Shown in pieces: positions 9,272 to 17,908 of a DNA stretch of 64,000 nucleotides. Both the position numbers and the translations under genes were made by a program. Source of the stretch: an uncultured Planctomycetaceae bacterium (GTDB lineage Bacteria > Planctomycetota > Planctomycetia > Planctomycetales > Planctomycetaceae); assembly GCA_963815195.1 (NCBI GenBank), contig CAWFGE010000012.1, positions 832,001-896,000 on the forward strand. Direction: 5' to 3'. How positions within the stretch are numbered: the first letter of the stretch is position 1; each line of letters starts with the position of its first letter. The notes below the pieces were generated by a model. It ran no database searches and was not told the origin of the DNA. It saw nothing but the letters and a program-made list of their open reading frames with translations.

Positions 9272-12200
9272 TCATTCCCACGTCTCCAGCTTCGCGGCGA
9301 GGAGGCGGAGTCGCTGCAGGACTTCTTCGCGGTGCTTCTCGCAATAGGCGGCGAGGGAAATCACGGAGAGGCCCACGACAATCCCCGCGATCCACAACAG
9401 CGTCGGGTTGTCGATGCTGCCCCGCACAACCATCGCGAGCAAATCCCCCACGAGAAAACCCGTGCCCGTATACATGAGGGCCCGGATGCGAAGCCCCATT
9501 GCGGTCAAGGTGACGGCGACCGAGGCGACCATCAGCGTGACCAGATGCAGCCAACTGCCGCCGACGATGTGAAACACCGGCGAGACGAGAATCACGAGCG
9601 CCCCCAGGTAGCGGAGCGGGTCGTGGGCTTTTTCGGGGATCTCCTCTTTCAAAAGCTGCACGAGCGCGAGGATGGAAATGCCCAGCGGGATCGCGAACAG
9701 TTGCGGATCGTGCCAATCGAGTTCCCGCCACAAGAGCACCAAGGCGACGTTCAAAATCCCCGCCGCGGCCAACAGCCACGATTTGCGCTGTTCTTCGATG
9801 CCCCGCCAGAAATAAAACCCGGACGCCAGCAACAACGCGAGGCTGTTCATGCCCAGCCAGAGCGAGTGCTCGACCGCAACATGCCGAACGATGCCCAGGC
9901 CCACCGTCACCGCGGGCAGGACGTACCCCGTCGACAACAGCGGCCGGGAAAGCACGTTCCATGTCTCGCGATTCGCGCAAAGATGGCCCAGGATCCACGC
10001 GGCCCAGCCCGTCACGAGCACGGCATACAGGCTGAGGCCCGATCCCAGACGGATCACGCCGAACAAGAGCAGATAACCCACCATCGCGAGCGCTATCCCC
10101 TCCGCCGTCCACACAGGAGCCTCGTCCTGATTGCGAAGGGCCTCGCGAATCTGGTCTGCGATCAAAAGCTGAAACACGGCCGCGGCGAAGAAGACTTCCG
10201 CCCAGTTCAAGCCGGCGGGGAGCAATCTGAAACTCATCGCCAGGCCGAAACACGCGACACCCAGCAGCATCAGCCGGTGAAAGCTGACGAACTCGCCGAG
10301 CGAATCGTTCTCGCGGCGGGCCGGCAGATTCCAAACCAGCCGGCTCGCGGCGGCTCCCAAAGCCAACGGCAGCGACAAGGCGACCAGGGCTGCTTGATTT
10401 AACTGAAAGATCGAAGAAACGTCCGGCACCGCGAGCTGAATCAGTCCGCACAACAACTGCCAGTTGCCGAGCGCCAAGGCGACGTGACGCAGCGCGGCGT
10501 TTTGCCAACCGCCGGCCAGCCAGAACAACCCCGCAAGCGAAATCAAACCGGCCAGCCGGGATTGAAGGAGAAACACCGGCAGCGTCGCCACGGCCAGCAC
10601 GACGAACAACACCATCGCGCATCGGCCCAACGGTTCCGCGATATAATGGCGGAATTTCTGAACGGGTTCTCCGGTCTCGTCGACTTCCACGAGCCAGGTC
10701 CACTCAAGCGGGCGGGGGACGAAAGGCACGGCCAGCAATCCCACCGCGGCCCAGATCAGCGGGAGCCAGGAATAGGCGTCGTACGACGGCGTCCAGAACG
10801 TCACCGCAGCCGCGGCCGTCAATCCCAGAACGCCGGCACAACCGACATACGTCCAAAACGAAGACCGCAGCCGGCGGGCGGCGTCAAAGGCCCAGGCAAT
10901 GGAAACCAGCGAACTGCTCCACCAAAACCCCGCCGGCGGATGGACGATCGCCATCCCGAACCGCGGCAGGTAGAACAGAATCAATCCCACCGCCAACACG
11001 CCGCCGGACACCCGCTCGCTCGCGGAACCGAAAGCTTTCGAGACTCGGCCCACGGCAAACCGTTTCAGCAGAATGGACACGATCCAAAGCGCGCCGGCGA
11101 TCAGCGTGCCCGCGGAAAGAATGGCGGCTTCGGCCACTCCCAAACCGCGGGCGATCAGCACGGCATACAGGCCGGCGAACAGCAGGGCCAAAATGCTCAA
11201 GGACTCTTGGCACCAGCGATACGCATGCGTCAACAGCAAGCCGCACAGGCACGCCCCCGACATCCACGGCAGGTGGTCCGCGGGAAAACTGCTCCATTGC
11301 CGCGTCCAGACGAGGCACAACATCCCGGTGAGCAAAAGACTCGCCGCGTCGCCGATCGCGTAAGGATGCGAAGAGGTGAGTTTGTCATCGCCCGCAGGCG
11401 CGGCCGGCCGCAAAAATCGATCGGGCAACAACAACAGCGCTGCGGAGAGGCTCATCACGAAGAGCGACGTTTCGGGGGTGATCGCCCAATGCAGCACGTG
11501 CTCTAAAAACGGCGTGAGACCGAAGCTCATCGTTAGCCAGGCCGCGACCAGACCGAACCGCAGCCGGGGTTCGCGGAACGCGAGCATCTGCAAGCCGATC
11601 ATTGCCAGCGACGCCAGCCCCACCGGGAAGATCGCCTTGATGTGGGTAAAGGACACCGCCCACAGCACCGCGGTCACGCCCATGACGAACGCTTGCGTCG
11701 GGCGGGCGAATAACTCCTGCCCGCGCTTCCGGCAAATCACCGCAACCAACGTGGCGGCGATGAGCAGCGGCAAGTAGGTCAGTCCATAAAATGCGATCGG
11801 CAACCGGGATTCGGACACCGCCGCCGCCCCGCGGTGCACCACGGTTCTCGCCAGTTCCTGAAAGAACACCGGCGTCGCCTGATAGCAGAGCACAACGCCG
11901 ACCCACATCGCCCATACAAAGCCGGGATGTTTCGTCCGCCGGGCCACCTGCAGAAAGACCGCCGCGGCGAGGAGTGCCGTCGGGACCGCGGCGGGAGAAT
12001 GCGGAAACTCCAACCACGACAGAACGACGCCGGCGATGGACAATCCCATTCCCACCAAAAGCGGAATCACCAAGCTCCAAGGCAGCGGCCGGACCAGATT
12101 TCCGGTGCGATTCGCGAACACGTCCGCCAAGGCGTCGGCCGTCATCAACACGGGAACGGCGGTGAGCACCAGCCCAAAGCCGATCCAAGGCAGCGGCACG

Positions 12201-12898
12201 CCCGGAGCCAAAACCGCGAACAACGTGAGGAACTGCGTGCCCAACAGCAGGATCGGAAAGAACCCAAAAATCCGCGGCAGCCGATGTTCTTCGCCCAGCC
12301 AAAACACGTGCCGGCTGACTTTGATCGTCCCCGCCGCGAACACGGCCCAGAGAATCAAGGCGGCGGGGATCGCGAATGTGCTGGGGAGGTCCGGGACAAT
12401 GGCTCCCGCGAGGCTCAGGGCCAGATAGCTCGCGAGAAACGTGGGCTGATCCTGCCGGAGAAAATGCCGGAGGATCCGCCGCCCCGCGACCGCCGCGAAT
12501 GCCGTGTTCGCGATAAGCAATCCCACGATGCCCGCGAGATGGCCCATGCCGCCGCCGTGCACCGCGCGGACGGCGAAAAACGAGATGGGAATCAACAGCA
12601 CCGTCATCGCCCACAGGCTCGTGCCGGTCCGCCGGAGTCCCAACTGCCGATAGGCGATTTCCCCCACCACGTACAAAAGCGAGGTGTAGCCCATCACCAC
12701 AAGGGATTTCCAAAGAGGCGTGTAGTCCTGCCAATGGCTGGTGACGAGCATCAAGGACGACGCCAGCAAAATCAGCCCGCCGAGCCCGAGCATCCACTTG
12801 ATGTTCTTTTCCTGGAGAAACGTGTCGAAAAAAAGCAGCCAACCGCTGCGGGGCGGCAGGTCGGCGGGCAATGGGGTTTCGGTCGAGTCAGCGTGCAT
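9272..12898 (-). CDS. Very large polytopic membrane protein (1208 aa, DUF2157-like)
   Basis: Almost continuous hydrophobic helices; N-terminal FLQEKNIKWMLGLGGLILLASS and C-terminal LAAYCEKHREEVLQRLR. Confidence 0.75.
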   Translation of the reverse strand: MHADSTETPLPADLPPRSGWLLFFDTFLQEKNIKWMLGLGGLILLASSLMLVTSHWQDYTPLWKSLVVMGYTSLLYVVGEIAYRQLGLRRTGTSLWAMTVLLIPISFFAVRAVHGGGMGHLAGIVGLLIANTAFAAVAGRRILRHFLRQDQPTFLASYLALSLAGAIVPDLPSTFAIPAALILWAVFAAGTIKVSRHVFWLGEEHRLPRIFGFFPILLLGTQFLTLFAVLAPGVPLPWIGFGLVLTAVPVLMTADALADVFANRTGNLVRPLPWSLVIPLLVGMGLSIAGVVLSWLEFPHSPAAVPTALLAAAVFLQVARRTKHPGFVWAMWVGVVLCYQATPVFFQELARTVVHRGAAAVSESRLPIAFYGLTYLPLLIAATLVAVICRKRGQELFARPTQAFVMGVTAVLWAVSFTHIKAIFPVGLASLAMIGLQMLAFREPRLRFGLVAAWLTMSFGLTPFLEHVLHWAITPETSLFVMSLSAALLLLPDRFLRPAAPAGDDKLTSSHPYAIGDAASLLLTGMLCLVWTRQWSSFPADHLPWMSGACLCGLLLTHAYRWCQESLSILALLFAGLYAVLIARGLGVAEAAILSAGTLIAGALWIVSILLKRFAVGRVSKAFGSASERVSGGVLAVGLILFYLPRFGMAIVHPPAGFWWSSSLVSIAWAFDAARRLRSSFWTYVGCAGVLGLTAAAAVTFWTPSYDAYSWLPLIWAAVGLLAVPFVPRPLEWTWLVEVDETGEPVQKFRHYIAEPLGRCAMVLFVVLAVATLPVFLLQSRLAGLISLAGLFWLAGGWQNAALRHVALALGNWQLLCGLIQLAVPDVSSIFQLNQAALVALSLPLALGAAASRLVWNLPARRENDSLGEFVSFHRLMLLGVACFGLAMSFRLLPAGLNWAEVFFAAAVFQLLIADQIREALRNQDEAPVWTAEGIALAMVGYLLLFGVIRLGSGLSLYAVLVTGWAAWILGHLCANRETWNVLSRPLLSTGYVLPAVTVGLGIVRHVAVEHSLWLGMNSLALLLASGFYFWRGIEEQRKSWLLAAAGILNVALVLLWRELDWHDPQLFAIPLGISILALVQLLKEEIPEKAHDPLRYLGALVILVSPVFHIVGGSWLHLVTLMVASVAVTLTAMGLRIRALMYTGTGFLVGDLLAMVVRGSIDNPTLLWIAGIVVGLSVISLAAYCEKHREEVLQRLRLLAAKLETWE

Positions 12899-13127
12899 GG
12901 GCAGCTCCCAGGTCTTCCAATGGCGATGTTTTCGAATGGCTGTTTCTTATGGGGGCGCGAACGCGAAACCGCGTGTCACGCCGTTTTTCGGCAGATTTCC
13001 CAAAAAATGGAATTTTCCGGCCGGCCATTTCTCCGGAAGTCTTCTTAAAACCCGTGAATTTCGGCCGGGAACCCGGTATCATCGGGAAAGTTTGATGAGA
13101 ATCCGCAAACCCCTCGGGAGGCGACAG

Positions 13128-14333
13128 ATGGCTCGCATGTTGTGGACGACTTGTGTTCTGGCGCTAATCAGTGCGGGACGTCTTCAAGCGGAGAACTTCC
13201 CCGCCTTTCGGCACCAGGTGATCGATCCCTACTGCGGCGACATCTGTTACGCCGTGACCCTGGCCGATGTGGACGGCGACAAGCGGCAGGACATCGTCGC
13301 CGTCACCGAGAACCGCGTGCTTTGGTATCAGGCCCCGGATTGGAAAAAGCGGATCATCATCGAGAACCAAACCACGCGGGACAACGTCTGCATCGCCCCT
13401 TACGACATCGACGGCGACGGGAAAATCGACTTCGCCTTGGGGTCCGGCTGGACAAAGGTCGGCACGATTCAATGGCTCTCGCGCGGCGAATCGTTGGACG
13501 ACAAATGGAACGTGCATTTCATCGGCGAAGAGCGCTGGCTGCACCGCATGCGGTTCGGAGATGTCCAAGGCCTAGGCAAGCCGCAGTTGGTCGTCTCTCC
13601 GCTCAATGCCACAGAGGGCAAAGGCGTGCGGCTGACCGCGTTCGCCATCCCCAAAAATCCCCAAAAGGACGCCTGGCCCCGCATGGTGTTGGATTCCAAA
13701 CTCAACCGCATGCACAACCACTGGCACGCCGATTTGGACGACGACGGCAGCACCGATACCTTCACCGCCAGCCAGGAGGGCGTGTTTTGGATCCGGCGGA
13801 ACGGCAAAGGGTTCCAAAAGACCAAGATCGGGTCCGGCATGGACCAACCAAACGCCAGCGGAGCGGGGGAAGTCAAAATCGGCCGCCTGAAATCCGGCCG
13901 GCGGTTCCTGGCAACGGTCGAACCCATGCACGGCACGAGCCTCGTGATTTACCTGGAACCTAAAGCCGGCGGCCTCCGCCAGGAATGGAGCCGGCAGGTG
14001 CTCGACGGCACGCTCAACCGCGGGCACGCCCTGTGGACGGCCGACCTGGACGGCGACCAATGCGACGAAATCGTCATCGGGCACAGCGACAAAGGCACGG
14101 GAGAAGTCCAGGGTCCGGGCGTGTATGTGTTTGATTGCGAGGACGCCCAGGCCTCGAAATGGAAGAAGCACATCATTGACGATGGAGGCGTCGCCACGGA
14201 AGACGCGATCGCGGCGGACCTCACGGGCGACGGCCGCATCGACATCGTCGCCGGCGGCCGGGCCACGCACAACATTAAGCTCTACATCAACCTGGGCCCC
14301 GCGACGTCTGCGAAGCGAGCCCCCACACGATAA
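13128..14333 (+). CDS. Secreted FG-GAP/VCBS-repeat beta-propeller protein, aldos-2-ulose dehydratase-like
   Basis: Signal peptide; repeated DxDGDGxxD motifs; His motifs HRMRFGD, HNHW, VEPMHG, GHALW. Start placed at ATG 13128. Confidence 0.75.
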   Translation: MARMLWTTCVLALISAGRLQAENFPAFRHQVIDPYCGDICYAVTLADVDGDKRQDIVAVTENRVLWYQAPDWKKRIIIENQTTRDNVCIAPYDIDGDGKIDFALGSGWTKVGTIQWLSRGESLDDKWNVHFIGEERWLHRMRFGDVQGLGKPQLVVSPLNATEGKGVRLTAFAIPKNPQKDAWPRMVLDSKLNRMHNHWHADLDDDGSTDTFTASQEGVFWIRRNGKGFQKTKIGSGMDQPNASGAGEVKIGRLKSGRRFLATVEPMHGTSLVIYLEPKAGGLRQEWSRQVLDGTLNRGHALWTADLDGDQCDEIVIGHSDKGTGEVQGPGVYVFDCEDAQASKWKKHIIDDGGVATEDAIAADLTGDGRIDIVAGGRATHNIKLYINLGPATSAKRAPTR

Positions 14334-14372
14334 GGATCGCCAAGAATATAATTTCAGGATTTGGGATCACCA

Positions 14373-14400
14373 GGCGAGCGGGGGGCGTAAGCCCCCTGGT
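14373..14400 (+). repeat. REP-like palindrome, short form
   Basis: GGCGAGCGGGGGGCGTAAGCCCCCTGGT; 26/28 identical to the reverse complement of 60139-60166 inside uvrA. Confidence 0.8.
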
Positions 14401-14658
14401 TTTGTTAAATGGTTCAAAAACTGAAGTTGTTTTCTTGGCGCTCCTGAGGGAGTGAGGATAGAGAATAGAGCATAGATTTCTTCCGCCACCCTCCATCCTC
14501 ACTTCCATCGCATCTTAGACTCAGACTTTTTGTCGAAGCCGCCGGGTTCGATGGCAAGGTGCGCTGGAATTCTGACACCCGACGTGTTATGAAATGCCCG
14601 TCGTTTCCGACAAATCGCATTTGTCCAACTGGGTTATTTGGAAAGGGAGAACACAACC

Positions 14659-15156
14659 ATGTCGTTTCATGTCGGAGAAGCCCTCGCGGGCGAAGGCAAC
14701 GAAGTCGCTCACATCGATCTCATCGTTGGCGAGAAAAACGGACCGGCCGGAATGGCGTTCGCGAACGCGTTGGCCAACCAAAGCAAAGGGCACAGCAATC
14801 TGCTCGCCGTCTTGAAAGAAAATCTCGCCGTCAAACCCTCCACGGTGATGATTACCAAAGTTTCCATCGAGGGGGCCAAACAAGCCGTGCAAATGTTTGG
14901 TCCGGCTCAATTTGCGGTGGCGAAAGCCGTTGCCGACGCTGTTGCGGAAGGCATCATTCCCAAGGATCAAACCGACAAACTGTGCATCGTCTGCGGCGTA
15001 TTCATCCACTGGGAAGCGGAAGACAATAAGAAAATCTACGACTACAACTACGAAGCCACGAAAACGGCCCTCGCCCGCGCCATGAAGGATGAACCCACGG
15101 TTGATGAAGTCACCTCTCAAAAAGACACCGTCAAACATCCGTTCGCCGGCTTTTAG
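14659..15156 (+). CDS. fae: Formaldehyde-activating enzyme (H4MPT-dependent)
   Basis: VGEALAGEGNEVAHIDL, GHSNLLAVL, QMFGPAQFAVAKAV, VFIHWEA, YNYEATK, HPF; RBS GGGAGA upstream. Confidence 0.96.
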   Translation: MSFHVGEALAGEGNEVAHIDLIVGEKNGPAGMAFANALANQSKGHSNLLAVLKENLAVKPSTVMITKVSIEGAKQAVQMFGPAQFAVAKAVADAVAEGIIPKDQTDKLCIVCGVFIHWEAEDNKKIYDYNYEATKTALARAMKDEPTVDEVTSQKDTVKHPFAGF

Positions 15157-15169
15157 AGATTGATCCGCC

Positions 15170-15217
15170 GTCCGCGGTCGGGCGTCAGTCGAGGCAACGG
15201 ACCGCGGACCAGTTTTT
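15170..15217 (+). terminator. Terminator-like hairpin between fae and mtd
   Basis: GTCCGCGGTC (15170-15179) pairs with GACCGCGGAC (15200-15209), followed by TTTTT. Confidence 0.5.
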
Positions 15218-15231
15218 CAACTGACCAACCC

Positions 15232-16097
15232 ATGAAAAAAATCCTGATTCAACTCGACACCGATTCGCTGCCCAGCACGTTTGATCGCGTGGTGGCGGTG
15301 GATGCGGGGGTGGATCAGGTCTTCAGCTACGGCGGCGTCACGCCCGAGAATGTGGAACCCTTGATCCACGGCGGGATGTTCACACGGGGGCCTAAGGACC
15401 TCAAATCGACGGCGGTGTTCATCGGCGGGAGCCAGGTCTCCAAGGGCGAAGAGCTTTTCCAGCGGGTCTCCAGGGTGTTCTTCGGCCCGATGCGGTTGTC
15501 GGTGATGGTGGACTCCAACGGCTCCAACACGACCGCCGCCGCCGCCGTGCTCGCCGCCCGCAAACATCTGGATTTCGCCGGCCAGCATGCTCTGGTGCTC
15601 GGCGGGACCGGGCCGGTCGGGATGCGGGTGGCTCAACTTTTGACGCAGAGCGGCGCGCAGGTCAACCTGGCATCGCGAACGCTGGACCGCGCCGTAAAAC
15701 CTGCGAAGCCATCAAGAAAATCGTGCCCGACGCGAACCTTACGCCCTGCGAAACACAGACCGAAGTCGGCAAACGCATCGCCACCAAGAACGTGTCGCTG
15801 ATCATCGCCGCCGGGGCCGCGGGGATGGAGCTGTTGAGCGAAGAGGATTTGAAGCTTGCCGACAATGTAAAAGTCGCGATCGACTTGAACGCCGTGCCCC
15901 CGGCGGGCTTGGATAGCGTGGAGATCACCGACGAAGCCGTCGAGCGCCACGGCATCCTCTGTTACGGAGCCATCGGCGTGGGCGGGATGAAGATGAAAAT
16001 CCACAAAGCCGCCCTCCAAAGCCTGTTCGAAGCCAACGACCGAGTCCTCGACACCGAAGCCCTGTTCCGCTTGGGCGAAGATTTGTTTGCCGATTGA
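15232..16097 (+). CDS. mtdC: NAD(P)-dependent methylene-H4MPT/H4F dehydrogenase (planctomycete MtdC type), frameshift in the A-run 15696-15699
   Basis: MKKILIQLDTD..PSTFDRVVAVDAG, GGMFTRG, DSNGSNTTAAAAV, LGGTGPVG; IDLNAVPPAG and YGAIGVGGMKMKIH lie in the second frame. Confidence 0.9.
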
Positions 16098-16301
16098 CGA
16101 TCCGCGACAATGTGGATTTTGGTGAGCGGCCGGTTTTGGGAATCGCGAAACAACCACACAAATTACCGGCGGCTAGCGCCGTGCCGCTCAAGGATTTCTA
16201 GCGGGATTGCCCGCGGAGGCGAAGCGCGATAGGATCCATTTGACGGTGGAACACCACTTTGCCGATTGGCTCGCGCGTTTTATCCTTGAGGAACACATCG
16301 C

Positions 16302-16937
16302 ATGGCGGCGGATGATGCCACGATCATGCAGGCGGTTCAGCAGGGGGACTTCGACCAGTTCGATGTCCTCGTGGAGCGGTATCGTCTGCCTTTGATTCGC
16401 GTGGCGGTCAGCAAATTGGGCGATGCGGCCTGGGCCGAGGACGTGGTGCAAGAGACCTTCCTCGCCGTGTTCGCCGCCCGGCGGACGTACAATCCGGAAT
16501 TTGCCTTCCGCACCTGGCTGTGGACGATCCTGCTCAACCTCTGCCGGCGCGAACTCAAAAAACACCGCCGGCGGCCCCGGCAGGTCGCTGATTCCCAATG
16601 GCCTCCGGGTTCGCCAGCCCGGATTTCGAACGAACCGGTGGAACAGGAAACCGGACTGAGCCGTCTGCTTCAACTGGAACGCCGCGAGCAACTCAATCTG
16701 CTGCTGGGCGAACTTCCCGAACCGCAAGGCGACGCCCTGCGGCTGCGATTTTTCGGCGGGCTGAAGTTTTCCGAAATCGCCGACGCGATGAATTCCAGCG
16801 TCAGCGGAGCGAAACGCCGCGTGCAGAACGGATTGTTCGCGTTGGCCGAAAAACTCAAACACGACGATGAACACCTGGAACAAACCCGGCAAGAAGCCTT
16901 TCCCTCCGGAACCCGACAGCAAGGGGAACCGAAATGA
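16302..16937 (+). CDS. ECF RNA polymerase sigma factor
   Basis: AEDVVQETFL and FRTWLWTILLNLCR (region 2); FSEIADAMNSSVSGAKRRV (region 4 HTH). Confidence 0.93.
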   Translation: MAADDATIMQAVQQGDFDQFDVLVERYRLPLIRVAVSKLGDAAWAEDVVQETFLAVFAARRTYNPEFAFRTWLWTILLNLCRRELKKHRRRPRQVADSQWPPGSPARISNEPVEQETGLSRLLQLERREQLNLLLGELPEPQGDALRLRFFGGLKFSEIADAMNSSVSGAKRRVQNGLFALAEKLKHDDEHLEQTRQEAFPSGTRQQGEPK

Positions 16938-17506
16938 ACTGCGACGAAGCGTTTGATGCATTGACCAATGCGGATCAAATGAACAACCTGGCGTTGAAAT
17001 GGCATTTGGAGTTTTGCCCCCGCTGCCGGGAGATGCAAAACGTCCTGGCCCCGGCTTTGGGATTGTTGGCCGAGGAGATTCAAGAACGCCGCTCGCAGAG
17101 TTCCAACCGCCTGGCGGAGTTCTTGGGCGAGAGCGATTCCGCGTCCGCGCGTCCGTCGAGCGGTCGGGGCACCGCGGCCGTTCCGTTTCTCACGCCGGAA
17201 GCGGTGCAAGTCGCCGAAGAAACCGCGCAGAAATTGCATTCGCCCCGCCGGACGTTTCGATCGGGTTGGGTGCGGTTTGCCGCGGCGGCGGCGGTTTGCC
17301 TGCTCGCCGCGTTTGGCGTATCTTCCGCATTGGCCCCGGCTGACTCGAGTTCGCCGGCTCCACAAACCGAACCGCTGCGGTTGGCCGACCGATGCTTATG
17401 GACGGAGCGAGAGGCCCACCCCGCCCCGCCCTCCGCCGAGCCCTCCTCGTCGCGGTGGGTCGTCCTCTCCTGCGTCTCTTGCCATCTCGAACATTCCCTG
17501 GATTGA
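16934..17506 (+). CDS. Putative ZAS anti-sigma factor with TM helix and C-terminal CxxCH motif
   Basis: ATGA overlap with the sigma gene; MNCDEA...HLEFCPRC (HxxxCxxC); TM segment FAAAAAVCLLAAFGV; ends SCVSCHLEHSLD. Confidence 0.78.
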   Translation: MNCDEAFDALTNADQMNNLALKWHLEFCPRCREMQNVLAPALGLLAEEIQERRSQSSNRLAEFLGESDSASARPSSGRGTAAVPFLTPEAVQVAEETAQKLHSPRRTFRSGWVRFAAAAAVCLLAAFGVSSALAPADSSSPAPQTEPLRLADRCLWTEREAHPAPPSAEPSSSRWVVLSCVSCHLEHSLD

Positions 17507-17908
17507 CTGTCTTCCACGAACAGCCGAGTTCGTCGATGCTTAAACTCCTCTTGCGGCGAATCTTCTGATCGGATATTTCTACCCGGCTTGGCGGGACCGC
17601 CCGCGCAAAGGCGCGGGATCCAGTCCCAATCCGTTTGAAAACTTCCCCGATCTGCGGTCGCTCTCCTCAATCGATGTCATTGTCGCTGTTCGGGTCTGAC
17701 ACGTCTCCTTTCAGAATCCACACATTTCCCCATCGATCAAAACCCAATCCAGCATGGCGGGGAAGCGCCGTTTCCGGCCATGTCAGGGAGATTTTGTCAT
17801 TTCCCAATGCGCGAAACATACTGGTGCGAAACGAACTCCTGGTCAACTCAGCGGGATCTGCGAGCTATGACTGGCGTTAGCCAAAACACCCGAACCGAGC
17901 GGCCGCCG

